From Smithella sp. (lineage in GTDB: Bacteria > Desulfobacterota > Syntrophia > Syntrophales > Smithellaceae), in NCBI GenBank assembly GCA_035350895.1, contig DAOPVC010000001.1, forward strand, positions 2,304-66,303: a stretch of 64,000 nucleotides of DNA. The letters run 5' to 3'. Below the pieces are notes generated by a model, which was not told the DNA's origin, made no database searches, and saw nothing but the letters and a program-made list of their open reading frames with translations. The position numbers and the translations under genes were made by a program. Below are positions 34,116-43,312 of the stretch, one piece after another (the first letter of the stretch is position 1; each line of letters opens with the position of its first letter).

Positions 34116-35489
34116 ATGAAAAAGATTTTGATCGTCGACGATGAACTGAATATGCGGCTGGTTTTGTCCGCCATGCTGAAAAAGGAAGGCTTTGACGTAT
34201 CGTCTGCTTCCAATGGCCGCGAAGCCCTGCAGGTTCTCCAATCGAACCGCTTTGCCGTGGTGATCACCGACTTGAAGATGCCGGATATTGACGGCATGGC
34301 GCTGTTGTCCCGTATCGCCGAACAGCATCCGGAAATACCCGTGATTATGATTACCGCACACGGTACGATTGCCACCGCTGTGGAAGCCCTGAAGAAAGGC
34401 GCTTTTGATTACATCACCAAGCCTTTTGATCTTGATGATTTGAAAAATATTATCTCCAAAGCGGTCAAGACACGCACGCTGAAAGAAAATGAATTGTTTT
34501 TGACGCCCTCGGAGGTCGATCGTCTGGGGATCATTGGCACAAGCCCCAGAATCATGGAGATATTTGAAGCCATTAAACGGGTGGCTCCGACCACGACGAC
34601 GGTGATGATTACCGGAGAAACGGGAACGGGTAAAGAACTGGTCGCTGACGCAATTCATTATAATTCCCCGCGCAAGAAGAATCCGCTGATTAAAATCAAT
34701 TGCGCCGCTATTGCGGAAACGCTGATGGAAAGTGAGTTGTTCGGTTATGAAAAAGGAGCCTATACGGGCGCTGCTGTGACCAAACCGGGTAAATTTGAAC
34801 TGGCGCACAAGGGCACGCTTTTTCTTGATGAAGTGGCTGAGATCCCGCGCGAAATGCAGGTGAAATTGTTGCGTGTGCTTCAGGAACAGACGTTTGAGCG
34901 GGTCGGCGGATTACGCACCATTAAAGTGGATGTGCGAATCATTGCCGCAACAAATCAGAACCTTTCCCGACAGGTGCAGACGGGAAATTTTCGGGAAGAT
35001 TTATATTATCGCCTTAAGGTCTTTCCCATCGATATTCCGCCGCTGCGGGAAAGAAAAGAAGATATCCCGCCCCTGATCGATTATTTTCTGGAGAAATTTA
35101 ACAAAAAATTGGGGCTTTCAGTGGGAATGAGCGACGAGGGCAGAGAGATACTTTTACGCCATGAATGGCCGGGCAATATCCGTGAACTGGAAAATCTCAT
35201 CGAGAGAATGATGCTTTTGGCGGAGAATAAACAAATTACATCCCGGGAAATTCCCGATGAATTTAAAGTTTCCGTCGCTGAATGTCAAACCAAAGGGGTC
35301 GATGACGGCAGGATGCCTTTCAAAGCCTACGTGCGGGATCAGGTAGAAAATGTCGAGCGGCAGGTGATCATCAAGTGTCTTGAGGAATCCGGCGGAAATA
35401 TTACCCAGGCGGCGAAAAAAATGGGATTGAGCCGCAAAGGGCTGCAGTTAAAAATGATTAAATATAATCTACGCAAAGAGCCAAAATAA
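34116..35489 (+). CDS. Sigma-54-dependent response regulator (NtrC family)
   Basis: Receiver domain (DDE...D at VVITDLKMPDIDG). AAA+ domain with GETGTGKE and GAYTGA/ESELFGYEKGAYTG (the GAFTGA-type loop). C-terminal Fis-type HTH. Confidence 0.93.
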   Translation: MKKILIVDDELNMRLVLSAMLKKEGFDVSSASNGREALQVLQSNRFAVVITDLKMPDIDGMALLSRIAEQHPEIPVIMITAHGTIATAVEALKKGAFDYITKPFDLDDLKNIISKAVKTRTLKENELFLTPSEVDRLGIIGTSPRIMEIFEAIKRVAPTTTTVMITGETGTGKELVADAIHYNSPRKKNPLIKINCAAIAETLMESELFGYEKGAYTGAAVTKPGKFELAHKGTLFLDEVAEIPREMQVKLLRVLQEQTFERVGGLRTIKVDVRIIAATNQNLSRQVQTGNFREDLYYRLKVFPIDIPPLRERKEDIPPLIDYFLEKFNKKLGLSVGMSDEGREILLRHEWPGNIRELENLIERMMLLAENKQITSREIPDEFKVSVAECQTKGVDDGRMPFKAYVRDQVENVERQVIIKCLEESGGNITQAAKKMGLSRKGLQLKMIKYNLRKEPK

Positions 35490-35530
35490 AAACATCATGC
35501 TTTTTTCGTCCAGATGACAGGAGGAAGAAA

Positions 35531-35740
35531 ATGAATTATAAAATCGGACTGATTGCAATACTTGCCTTTATCGTTCTGATATTCCTGGCTCAGAATATGG
35601 AGGTGACGACCGTTCGTTTTTTGTTCTGGTCAATCTCCATGTCGCGGGCGGTTCTTTTGTTTTTTTCCGTGTTGATCGGTTTTATGATCGGCTGGTTCCT
35701 GCACAGTTATATTTCATACAGCAATCGGAAGAGGCATTGA
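35531..35740 (+). CDS. LapA-domain (DUF1049-like) small inner-membrane protein
   Basis: 69 aa with two TM helices. The VRFLFWSISMSRAVLL pattern is typical of the family. Confidence 0.65.
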   Translation: MNYKIGLIAILAFIVLIFLAQNMEVTTVRFLFWSISMSRAVLLFFSVLIGFMIGWFLHSYISYSNRKRH

Positions 35741-35799
35741 AAGATGTCAGGATTAATCTTGAGGGTGTGACGGATAATTTTTGACGGGTGGCCGGCCGG

Positions 35800-36642
35800 T
35801 TAATTTCTCAATCCATCATAAATATGAAGCACCGCCTGCACGTAGGCGTCGCTGTGATTGTATGCATAAACCGCTCTGTATCTCCTGTTGCGGTTGCTCA
35901 TATTTCCTCCGGAGAGGCCGTTCCTGTGAAGATAGTTTTCGATACTGAAGATGGTGTCTTCTATGGAAAACGGATCAATATCGTCATTGGCGCCATGTTC
36001 GTCTACAAAGAAGAACAGCAGCGACGAGGGAATGAACTGCCCCCAACCGATGGCGCCGGCGTATGAACTTTTAAAATACCATGGTGACTGGTCGGTCTTT
36101 CGTGAAAACCTGTAAAGGGCTGTAATTTCGCGCACGGCAAATTTTTTCCGATCAGCAAAAATGTATTGTGACACCAGCGAATTGAAAGCGTAAAATTTTC
36201 CGCGATAACGACGCTCGGCGAAATTGGTTTCCATGCCGATGATGGCCGCAATCAATTCCTTGTGAATGCCGTGTTTTGTTTCCGCGCGCTCCAGAACATT
36301 GAAATGATCCTCAATAAACGGCTTCCCTTTTTTGATTTTGGCATCCACACCCAGCCGGGCAAAGTACCATTCAACCGTCCGTTTTTTATCGCGATCCGTT
36401 TGCTTCTCCGCCGATTTTCTGAAATATTGATCCATGTCGGGATGGAGCCGGAAAGCATAATGATCGATCTGATCATCAAACCATTCCCCGGGTACGCCGT
36501 TGGCCGCCAGTTGATGTTTTAATTCAAGAATCCTGAACTGGATAACCGATTCGGGAACGTTTTTGATCCGGACGTTTTCGGATGCACATCCGATAAAGAG
36601 AAAAACCATCGAAACGGCAATAAGCGATAATTTCAAATTCAT
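35800..36642 (-). CDS. Lytic murein transglycosylase (MltB/SLT_2-like), lipoprotein
   Basis: Lipobox LFIGC. AIIGMETNFA and GAIGWGQFIPSS motifs resemble the MltB catalytic region. Confidence 0.8.
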   Translation of the reverse strand: MNLKLSLIAVSMVFLFIGCASENVRIKNVPESVIQFRILELKHQLAANGVPGEWFDDQIDHYAFRLHPDMDQYFRKSAEKQTDRDKKRTVEWYFARLGVDAKIKKGKPFIEDHFNVLERAETKHGIHKELIAAIIGMETNFAERRYRGKFYAFNSLVSQYIFADRKKFAVREITALYRFSRKTDQSPWYFKSSYAGAIGWGQFIPSSLLFFFVDEHGANDDIDPFSIEDTIFSIENYLHRNGLSGGNMSNRNRRYRAVYAYNHSDAYVQAVLHIYDGLRN

Positions 36643-36832
36643 TTTATGTGACTCGCTGCTGATTTTTTAATTTCTGAATCGCACATCTGTAAAAATGTTT
36701 ACTCGATAATCAGCGGCATTGTCAAATCTTTTCAGACCGCCCGGCGGAATTATTTTTTAAAGATGCTTTCTTGTAATCGTGTTCAGGTTAGGGTATAAAA
36801 TTTTAAACTGATTGTCACCGTGGAACTGAACC

Positions 36833-37567
36833 ATGCATCTTAAAGGCGTAACATTTCATTCCTTAAAATATCCGACAAAAGATTACTATCCGTTCAATCT
36901 GCCGCTTTTTCGGGAAACACAGCAATTAATGTTGGATGTGCCCGTTACGTTGTTTGTCGGGGAGAACGGCACGGGGAAATCAACGCTGCTTGAAGCTCTG
37001 GCTGCCGCCTGCAATATTCATATCTGGCGCAATACACAAAGGATCGGGCCGGACCGCAATCCTTACGAAGATAAATTTCATCAGTATATATCCGTGCGCT
37101 GGGTTAATGACTGTGTGCCCGGATCGTTTTTCGGCTCAAAGGGGTTTCAGTACTTTGCCGAACGTCTGGACGAATGGGCGACGGCGGATCAAGGGCAGTT
37201 GAATTATTTCGGTGGGAAATCCCTGACCACCCAGTCCCACGGACAATCGCTGATGTCTTTTTTCCGCAGTCGTTACCGGATAAAAGGACTCTATTTACTC
37301 GATGAGCCGGAGACAGCCCTTTCACCGCGTTCGCAGATGGAGTTTCTGGATATTGTGCAAACGATGAGCGCCGCGGGGCATGCGCAGTTCATCATCGCCA
37401 CCCATTCGCCGCTTTTGCTGGCCTGTCCAAAGGCGACAATCTACAGTTTTGACCGTTCGCCGCTGCGAAAAATTTTGTACGAACAAACCGAGCATTACCG
37501 CATTTATAAAGATTTTATGCTGAATAGAAATAAATATCTAAAACAAGAAGAGGAAGAAAAATGTTGA
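36833..37567 (+). CDS. Stand-alone ABC/SMC-fold P-loop ATPase
   Basis: Walker A GENGTGKST, signature-like SHGQS, Walker B LYLLDEPETALS and H-loop ATHSP. 244 aa. Confidence 0.8.
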   Translation: MHLKGVTFHSLKYPTKDYYPFNLPLFRETQQLMLDVPVTLFVGENGTGKSTLLEALAAACNIHIWRNTQRIGPDRNPYEDKFHQYISVRWVNDCVPGSFFGSKGFQYFAERLDEWATADQGQLNYFGGKSLTTQSHGQSLMSFFRSRYRIKGLYLLDEPETALSPRSQMEFLDIVQTMSAAGHAQFIIATHSPLLLACPKATIYSFDRSPLRKILYEQTEHYRIYKDFMLNRNKYLKQEEEEKC

Positions 37568-38691
37568 GCAAACAGGAAATCATTCAGGAAGCAAAACGTC
37601 TGCGATTTGCCGACATCGGTTTCACGTCCGCGGAACCTTTCACGTCGCAAAAGGAATACCTGTTGAAACATCAGAAAGAATACGGCTGGGCGGAAACGAT
37701 CGGGTTGGGCTTGCTCGCAGGTACCGATCCGCAAAATATCCTTCCCGAAGCAAAATCCATTATCGTTGTGCTGGAATCTTATTTCGAAGAATCTTTCCCT
37801 CAAGCGATGGAGCGTCATTTTGGCCGATGCTATCTTGATGATGACCGGGTGACGAAAGATGGTCTGGCGTTGAAAATAAAAATCTTCAGGAAATTTTTGC
37901 AGACGCACGGCATAAACTCCAAGGTGCCTTTCAATCTGCCGCACCGTTTGTCGGCCGCCCGTGCCGGACTGGGAACGTTCGGCAATAATTGTGTCTTTTA
38001 CGCGTGTCGTGTCGCTCGCGGGAGTTCGTTTGTCTTGCCCGTGGCTCTGGTTGTGGATCATGAATTTTTGCCGGATGAACCGTCCGTTGCCGTGGGTTGT
38101 CCGGACTGGTGCCGTAACGCCTGCGTGGCAGCCTGTCCGACCCGCGCTCTCCAGGGAGGCGGAAAAATTGATCCGCAGCGTTGTATTTCATTTTTGTCTT
38201 ATTACGGAGAAGGACTCACGCCGTTAGAACTTCGTGAACCGATGGGACTGTATGTTTACGGGTGTGACCGTTGCCAGAATGTCTGCCCACGCAATATAAA
38301 CTGGATGGCGAAAGAAAAACCTCTTAATCCCCGAGTTTCAGCCAAAGCCGCCGACTTTGATCTTCCCCGGCTTCTTCATATGGACAAACCGTATTTTGAG
38401 CAGAAAATATGGCCCCACATGTTTTATATGTCCTTCAATGATATCTGGCGCTGGAAAATGAACGTCGCCCGTGCGATGGGCAACAGCCGCAATCCTGCAT
38501 ATGTCGGAGAGTTGATCCGGGCGTTCAAAGAAAACAAGGATGAGCGCGTACAATGCATGACGGTCTGGGCGCTGGGGCGCATCGGCAGTCCGGAAGCTAT
38601 GGAAGGGCTCAGGCGGTTTTTAAAAGACAGCAATGGCGCTGTCAGAGAAGAAATTGAACAAGCCATGGCATCGGCTTCCGTAAGAGTTTAA
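37561..38691 (+). CDS. queG: Epoxyqueuosine reductase (QueG)-like Fe-S protein
   Basis: 376 aa. N-terminus EIIQEAKRLRFADIGFTSAEP, two ferredoxin-type Cys clusters (CPDWCRNACVAACPTRA, CDRCQNVCPRN) and a C-terminal HEAT-like repeat. The 7-nt overlap ATGTTGA joins it to the upstream ATPase gene. Confidence 0.7.
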   Translation: MLSKQEIIQEAKRLRFADIGFTSAEPFTSQKEYLLKHQKEYGWAETIGLGLLAGTDPQNILPEAKSIIVVLESYFEESFPQAMERHFGRCYLDDDRVTKDGLALKIKIFRKFLQTHGINSKVPFNLPHRLSAARAGLGTFGNNCVFYACRVARGSSFVLPVALVVDHEFLPDEPSVAVGCPDWCRNACVAACPTRALQGGGKIDPQRCISFLSYYGEGLTPLELREPMGLYVYGCDRCQNVCPRNINWMAKEKPLNPRVSAKAADFDLPRLLHMDKPYFEQKIWPHMFYMSFNDIWRWKMNVARAMGNSRNPAYVGELIRAFKENKDERVQCMTVWALGRIGSPEAMEGLRRFLKDSNGAVREEIEQAMASASVRV

Positions 38692-38701
38692 ATGAGAAAA
38701 A

Positions 38702-39181
38702 TTATTCTTCTTCCACGGAAATATCGATAACTTCCAGATTGCGCGTGCCGCCGGGTGTCTGCACGCTGACTTCAGAGCCGATGCTTTTGCCGATCAGAGC
38801 CCGTCCGATGGGCGACGTTACGGAAATTTTGCTCTGGTTGATGTCGGATTCATAAGGACCGAGCAGCTGGAAATTTATTTTTTCGCCGCTGTCGATATCT
38901 TCCAGGCTAACGCAACAGCCGAACACGACTTTGCTTGTATTTAATCCTTTTAAATTAATGATGTTGGACGTGGCCAGCTGATTTTCCAATTCCTGCATTT
39001 TCCCGTAAAGAAAAGATTGTCTTTCCTTGGCGGCGGAATATTCGGCGTTTTCAGAGATATCGCCGTGCGCGCGCGCCACTTCAATATCGCGAACATTTTC
39101 GGGAATAGACACGTTTTTCAATGTTTCAAGGTCTTTTTTAAGCTTTTCAAAACCAGCTTTTGTAATCGGCACTTTTTCCAT
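38702..39181 (-). CDS. greA: Transcription elongation factor GreA
   Basis: 159 aa. The pattern PITKAGFEKLKKDLETLK...ARAHGDISENAEYSAAKE is diagnostic. Confidence 0.95.
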   Translation of the reverse strand: MEKVPITKAGFEKLKKDLETLKNVSIPENVRDIEVARAHGDISENAEYSAAKERQSFLYGKMQELENQLATSNIINLKGLNTSKVVFGCCVSLEDIDSGEKINFQLLGPYESDINQSKISVTSPIGRALIGKSIGSEVSVQTPGGTRNLEVIDISVEEE

Positions 39182-39353
39182 GGTAACTCCGGATTGTTTT
39201 GCTATTCCTGACGTGATTTATTCAACAACGGGCAGGAGAATACTTTGTTGTGTTTAATAGAGAATAAATAGCCTGTCAAGGAACATTTAATGGCTTTGAC
39301 CGGATAATTATGCTATTTAAGGCACAATGAAAAAATAAGGTTGAAATACGATT

Positions 39354-40346
39354 ATGCTTGATAAATACAGTCGAGAAATAAATTATCTGCGTGTCTCCAT
39401 TACCGACAGATGCAATCTGCGCTGCATTTACTGCCGTCCCAAGGAAGGAATTTCCCTGCAGGGGCATGAGGATATTTTGCGCTATGAGGAAATGCTCCGT
39501 GTCATTTCCGTGGCGGTAAAAATGGGTTTGATCAAAGTGCGGGTGACGGGAGGAGAACCGCTTGTCCGCCGCGGGTTTGTTGAATTTATTGCCGAGCTGA
39601 AAAGCATCGATGGATTGAAAGATATCAGCCTGACGACGAACGGGATTCTACTGGCGGCGTTTGCCCGGGGAATTTATGACGCCGGAATCAGCCGCATCAA
39701 TGTCAGCCTGGATTCTCTGAACAAGGATAAATATTTCCAGATTACCCGGGGAGGCAATCTGGATGATGTTTTGCGCGGCATTGCCCGGGCGGAGGAAATC
39801 GGTTTTTCACCGATCAAGATCAATACGGTGGCCATCAAAGGCTTCAATGACGATGAGGCTCTGGATTTTGTCCGTTTGGCGGAGGAAAAGCCTTTTCAGG
39901 TGCGGTTCATTGAACTGATGCCGGTCGGGAAAATACATCGTGATTACGGTCAGGATTATATTCCGGCGTCGCAGTTGATCGAAAAAATCCGACGTCGCTA
40001 TGAACTCGAACCGGTGAAACAAAAAATAAACAAATCGGACGGTCCGGCAAAAATATTCAAGATAAAAGGCGGACGTGGAGAAATTGGTTTTATTAATCCG
40101 GTCAGTGATCATTTTTGCTCAACCTGCAACCGCATGCGCCTTACATCTGACGGAAAACTCAGAGCCTGCCTGCTCAACGAATCTGAAGTGGATTTAAAGA
40201 CGGCTTTGAAGGAAAATTGCAGCGATGCCGAGTTGGAAAAGCTCATTTGGGATGCTGTTTTATTAAAACCGAAACAACATGATATGGTCTGCACCGATAA
40301 CAGTTTGAAAAAATGTTCCCGGAATATGTCGGAAATCGGCGGTTGA
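39354..40346 (+). CDS. moaA: GTP 3',8-cyclase (molybdenum cofactor biosynthesis protein A)
   Basis: YLRVSITDRCNLRCIYC radical SAM motif and C-terminal CSTCNRMRLTSDGKLRACL cluster motif. Confidence 0.93.
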   Translation: MLDKYSREINYLRVSITDRCNLRCIYCRPKEGISLQGHEDILRYEEMLRVISVAVKMGLIKVRVTGGEPLVRRGFVEFIAELKSIDGLKDISLTTNGILLAAFARGIYDAGISRINVSLDSLNKDKYFQITRGGNLDDVLRGIARAEEIGFSPIKINTVAIKGFNDDEALDFVRLAEEKPFQVRFIELMPVGKIHRDYGQDYIPASQLIEKIRRRYELEPVKQKINKSDGPAKIFKIKGGRGEIGFINPVSDHFCSTCNRMRLTSDGKLRACLLNESEVDLKTALKENCSDAELEKLIWDAVLLKPKQHDMVCTDNSLKKCSRNMSEIGG

Positions 40347-40491
40347 AAAATCTTATCCGAAAAGATATATTTCAAAAAGATATCAGGGTGCTTTCCACCT
40401 GTGAAAAGAAATGCAGGATGATCATGCGGGGTAAAGATTTCAATAAATTCGTCAGAATGTCCGTTGTGATAGATTAAGCAGGGCGAGTAAA

Positions 40492-41274
40492 ATGTTTCTC
40501 GATCAAAAGAAGACCGGATTTTCCGGCGAGAAATTAGAAACACCGAGAGACGATTACATTTTTTCCAGACAAAAAGACCTGGTTCTGGATTTCGTTACGC
40601 CGCTGGCCGGGGAAAGGCTTCTGGATATAGGCTGCGGTACCGGCAGTCATTTACAGATATTTCGCGAAAAATGGTGCTCCTTAACGGGCGTTGATGCGTC
40701 CGGGAAGAACCTGGACGTTGCCCGGCAAAAGCATGGTGATCGGGCAGAGCTGATTCAGGCGGAACCGACGGATCTTCCTTTTTCCGATAACGAGTTTGAT
40801 ATTGTAACGATCATCAATTTTCTGGAGATTGCCGACAATCCGCAAAAAATTATTGAAGAAGCTGTGCGAGTCTGCCGCAACCGAATTTTTATCGGCTTTT
40901 TAAACAAGTACTCCTTTGTGGGAACCCGACAACGCCTGAAAAAAATGTTCGGATTCCCTCTTTCGCTTCCCGTCCGTCTTTACAGTCTTCCGGAAATCAA
41001 AAGCATGGTGGCGGATGCCACCGGCCCGGCTTCCGTCAAATGGGGAAGTGTCATTTATTTTCCGGCAATGGTTTACGATTTTTTTGAAGAGCTGGAGGAA
41101 ATGCTGCCGGTGAGGAAAAATCCTTTCGGCGCGTTTGTCGGCCTGACATTTCCGGTGAAATACATATACCGGACAGCGCAAAGTCCGGTTATAAATTCAT
41201 TCCAACTCAAGGCGAAAGCAAACCACACGGCTCCGGAAGCCGTGCGGGATATGTTGAGGCAGGCGAATCCATGA
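40492..41274 (+). CDS. Class I SAM-dependent methyltransferase
   Basis: Motif I LLDIGCGTG and post-I/II pattern. 260 aa. Confidence 0.8.
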   Translation: MFLDQKKTGFSGEKLETPRDDYIFSRQKDLVLDFVTPLAGERLLDIGCGTGSHLQIFREKWCSLTGVDASGKNLDVARQKHGDRAELIQAEPTDLPFSDNEFDIVTIINFLEIADNPQKIIEEAVRVCRNRIFIGFLNKYSFVGTRQRLKKMFGFPLSLPVRLYSLPEIKSMVADATGPASVKWGSVIYFPAMVYDFFEELEEMLPVRKNPFGAFVGLTFPVKYIYRTAQSPVINSFQLKAKANHTAPEAVRDMLRQANP

Positions 41275-42281
41275 TTAAAGAAGCGATGCTTTACTCCAAG
41301 CTTGAGGAAGGCCGGGTCCGCTGCAATCTTTGTGCGCACGGCTGTACCATTAATCGCGGCCGACCCGGTATTTGCGGTGTGAGAGAAAATAGAGAAGGGG
41401 TTCTGTATTCTCTGGTTTACGGAACACTGATTGCCGCAAGTGTTGACCCCATCGAAAAAAAACCTTTTTTCCACGTTCATCCTGCGTCTAAATCCTATTC
41501 CATTGCCACCATGGGATGTAATTTCAGCTGTGATTTCTGCCAGAACCACGACATTTCACAGATGCCCCGAACAACGCGCATGATTACCGGTGAAGATTTC
41601 CTGCCAGCGGAAATCGTGGCAAAAGCAAAAGAGAGCGGTTCTCAAACGATTGCCTACACCTATACCGAGCCGACTGTTTTTTTCGAGTTGGCTTATGATA
41701 CTGCGAAAATTGCCGTGGAAAACGGCTTGAAAAACTTGTTCGTTACGAATGGTTTTATGACCACGGAAGCCATTGAAATAATAGCGCCGTATTTGTCCGC
41801 CGCCAACGTGGATTTGAAATCGTTCCGCGATGAGTTTTACAGGAAGAAATGCGGCGCAAGATTAAGTCCTGTTCTGGAAAGCCTGAAAAAAATGAAAGAA
41901 AAGGGAATCTGGGTGGAAATAACCACACTGCTTATTCCGGCGCTCAATGACAGTGACGAAGAGTTGAAAGACATCGCGAGATTTATAGCCGGGCTGGGCA
42001 GGGAAACGCCCTGGCATATCAGCCGCTTCCATCCGCAATACAAGATGCAGAACGTGGCGATAACCCCGCTTGATTCGCTGCATCGCGCGGCGCAAATCGG
42101 CAGAGAAGCCGGATTGAAATATGTATACAGCGGCAACGTTCCCGGGGATGATGGTGAGAACACCCGTTGTTTTCACTGCGGTAAGCTTTTGATTGAGCGT
42201 TACGGCTTTAAAATCGTCGGTACGAATCTGCAAGGCGGCAAATGTCCGCACTGCGGAACGATACTGGACGGCATATTTTAA
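41271..42281 (+). CDS. AmmeMemoRadiSam-type radical SAM enzyme (PflA-like activase fold)
   Basis: N-terminal CNLCAHGC...GICGVR, the radical SAM motif CNFSCDFCQN, and C-terminal CFHCG...CPHCG. The 4-nt overlap ATGA joins it to the methyltransferase gene. Confidence 0.8.
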   Translation: MIKEAMLYSKLEEGRVRCNLCAHGCTINRGRPGICGVRENREGVLYSLVYGTLIAASVDPIEKKPFFHVHPASKSYSIATMGCNFSCDFCQNHDISQMPRTTRMITGEDFLPAEIVAKAKESGSQTIAYTYTEPTVFFELAYDTAKIAVENGLKNLFVTNGFMTTEAIEIIAPYLSAANVDLKSFRDEFYRKKCGARLSPVLESLKKMKEKGIWVEITTLLIPALNDSDEELKDIARFIAGLGRETPWHISRFHPQYKMQNVAITPLDSLHRAAQIGREAGLKYVYSGNVPGDDGENTRCFHCGKLLIERYGFKIVGTNLQGGKCPHCGTILDGIF

Positions 42282-42453
42282 ATTAAATTTTTATATTGTC
42301 CCGCAACGCGGGCCTCCGCAGCAAAGTTCGATTCCGAATAAACAAAAATTACTGAACTCTGATCGGATATGTGGTAAAAAAACATTGCCTGAAGTCCGAA
42401 ATCCTGTTTAAAAGCAGAAAATTCAGTATCCGAAAACATGAGAGGAAATTTTT

Positions 42454-43212
42454 ATGATTGAAACGGAAAAAAATAAAACACCGGCCCGCAGGTTTGTCAG
42501 CAATTGTTTGATTGGGATTGCGGTTCGATCCCGCCGTCGCGGCGTATCAATTCTGATGTTGTGTGTGGCGATTTTATGCCTGGCCGGATGCTATTCTTAT
42601 CATGAAAGAAACTGGACGGACCTCAATTTAATTGTGGGGGAAACGAAAGTATGCAAAGCATCATGGTACGGTGAGTATTTTCATAAAAAGTTGACGGCAT
42701 CCGGTGATGCCTACGACATGTATGATCTTACCTGTGCGCATAAAAAATATCCTTTCGGGACAATTATCCGGGTGACCAATCTTGCCAACGGCAAGGATAC
42801 GGTGTGTCTGATCAATGACCGGGGACCTTATTACTGGTTCAGAAAACTGGATCTTTCCTATGGGACGGCCAAAAGGCTGGATTTTGTTGATCAAGGTGTC
42901 GGTCCCGTCCAGGTCGAGGTGTTGGGCAGAGACTATGCTTATGCCCGATACGTGGAATACGGCAAACTCAGGAATGCAAAATCCTTGACCATCCAGGTCG
43001 GCTCCTTCCCGGATAAGAACATGGCCAGAGAATTGAAAGATCAGCTGGACGTACATTATAAAGATGTTTACATAAGCTGCGCGACCGAGGAACATGAAAC
43101 GCATTACAGGGTCAGAGTGGGTAAATTCAGGAAAAGGGCCGAGGCTCTGGCGATAGCCGCGCGCATCGCAGAAGAAGGATACAGTGTGATGATATTGCCG
43201 CACAGATCGTAA
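42454..43212 (+). CDS. rlpA: Septal ring lytic transglycosylase RlpA-family lipoprotein with SPOR domain
   Basis: Lipobox LAGC. DPBB domain ASWYGEYFHKKLTASGDAYD...VCLINDRGP and a C-terminal SPOR-like region (IQVGSF...YRVRVGKF). Confidence 0.88.
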   Translation: MIETEKNKTPARRFVSNCLIGIAVRSRRRGVSILMLCVAILCLAGCYSYHERNWTDLNLIVGETKVCKASWYGEYFHKKLTASGDAYDMYDLTCAHKKYPFGTIIRVTNLANGKDTVCLINDRGPYYWFRKLDLSYGTAKRLDFVDQGVGPVQVEVLGRDYAYARYVEYGKLRNAKSLTIQVGSFPDKNMARELKDQLDVHYKDVYISCATEEHETHYRVRVGKFRKRAEALAIAARIAEEGYSVMILPHRS

Positions 43213-43312
43213 CCATCATCAATTTTATCACGATAAGAAGTCATCAATCTGAACAGGAAAAGATGCTGCTGTCAAATTGAAAAATCGGCGGTTTTTCAAG
43301 GTGAGAAAAAAT

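Noticed and set aside
40424-40477. 17-codon ORF (MRGKDFNKFVRMSVVID) just upstream of the methyltransferase and radical SAM pair, considered as a RiPP precursor.
   Set aside because: The only support is a weak AGGA ribosome-binding site. There is no Cys/Ser/Thr-rich core or leader-like features, and this radical SAM subfamily is not a known RiPP maturase. It is too speculative.
42326-42335. GTTCGATTCC, a tRNA T-loop-like decamer in the spacer upstream of rlpA.
   Set aside because: The flanking bases do not form a T-stem and no acceptor, D or anticodon arms can be drawn. It is not a tRNA or tRNA fragment that I can support.
42320-42445. Three TCCGAA(A/T) motifs in the rlpA upstream spacer, as a possible regulator-binding array.
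   Set aside because: The hexamer is short, the spacing is irregular (about 63 and 35 nt) and there is no palindromic partner. This is within chance expectation.
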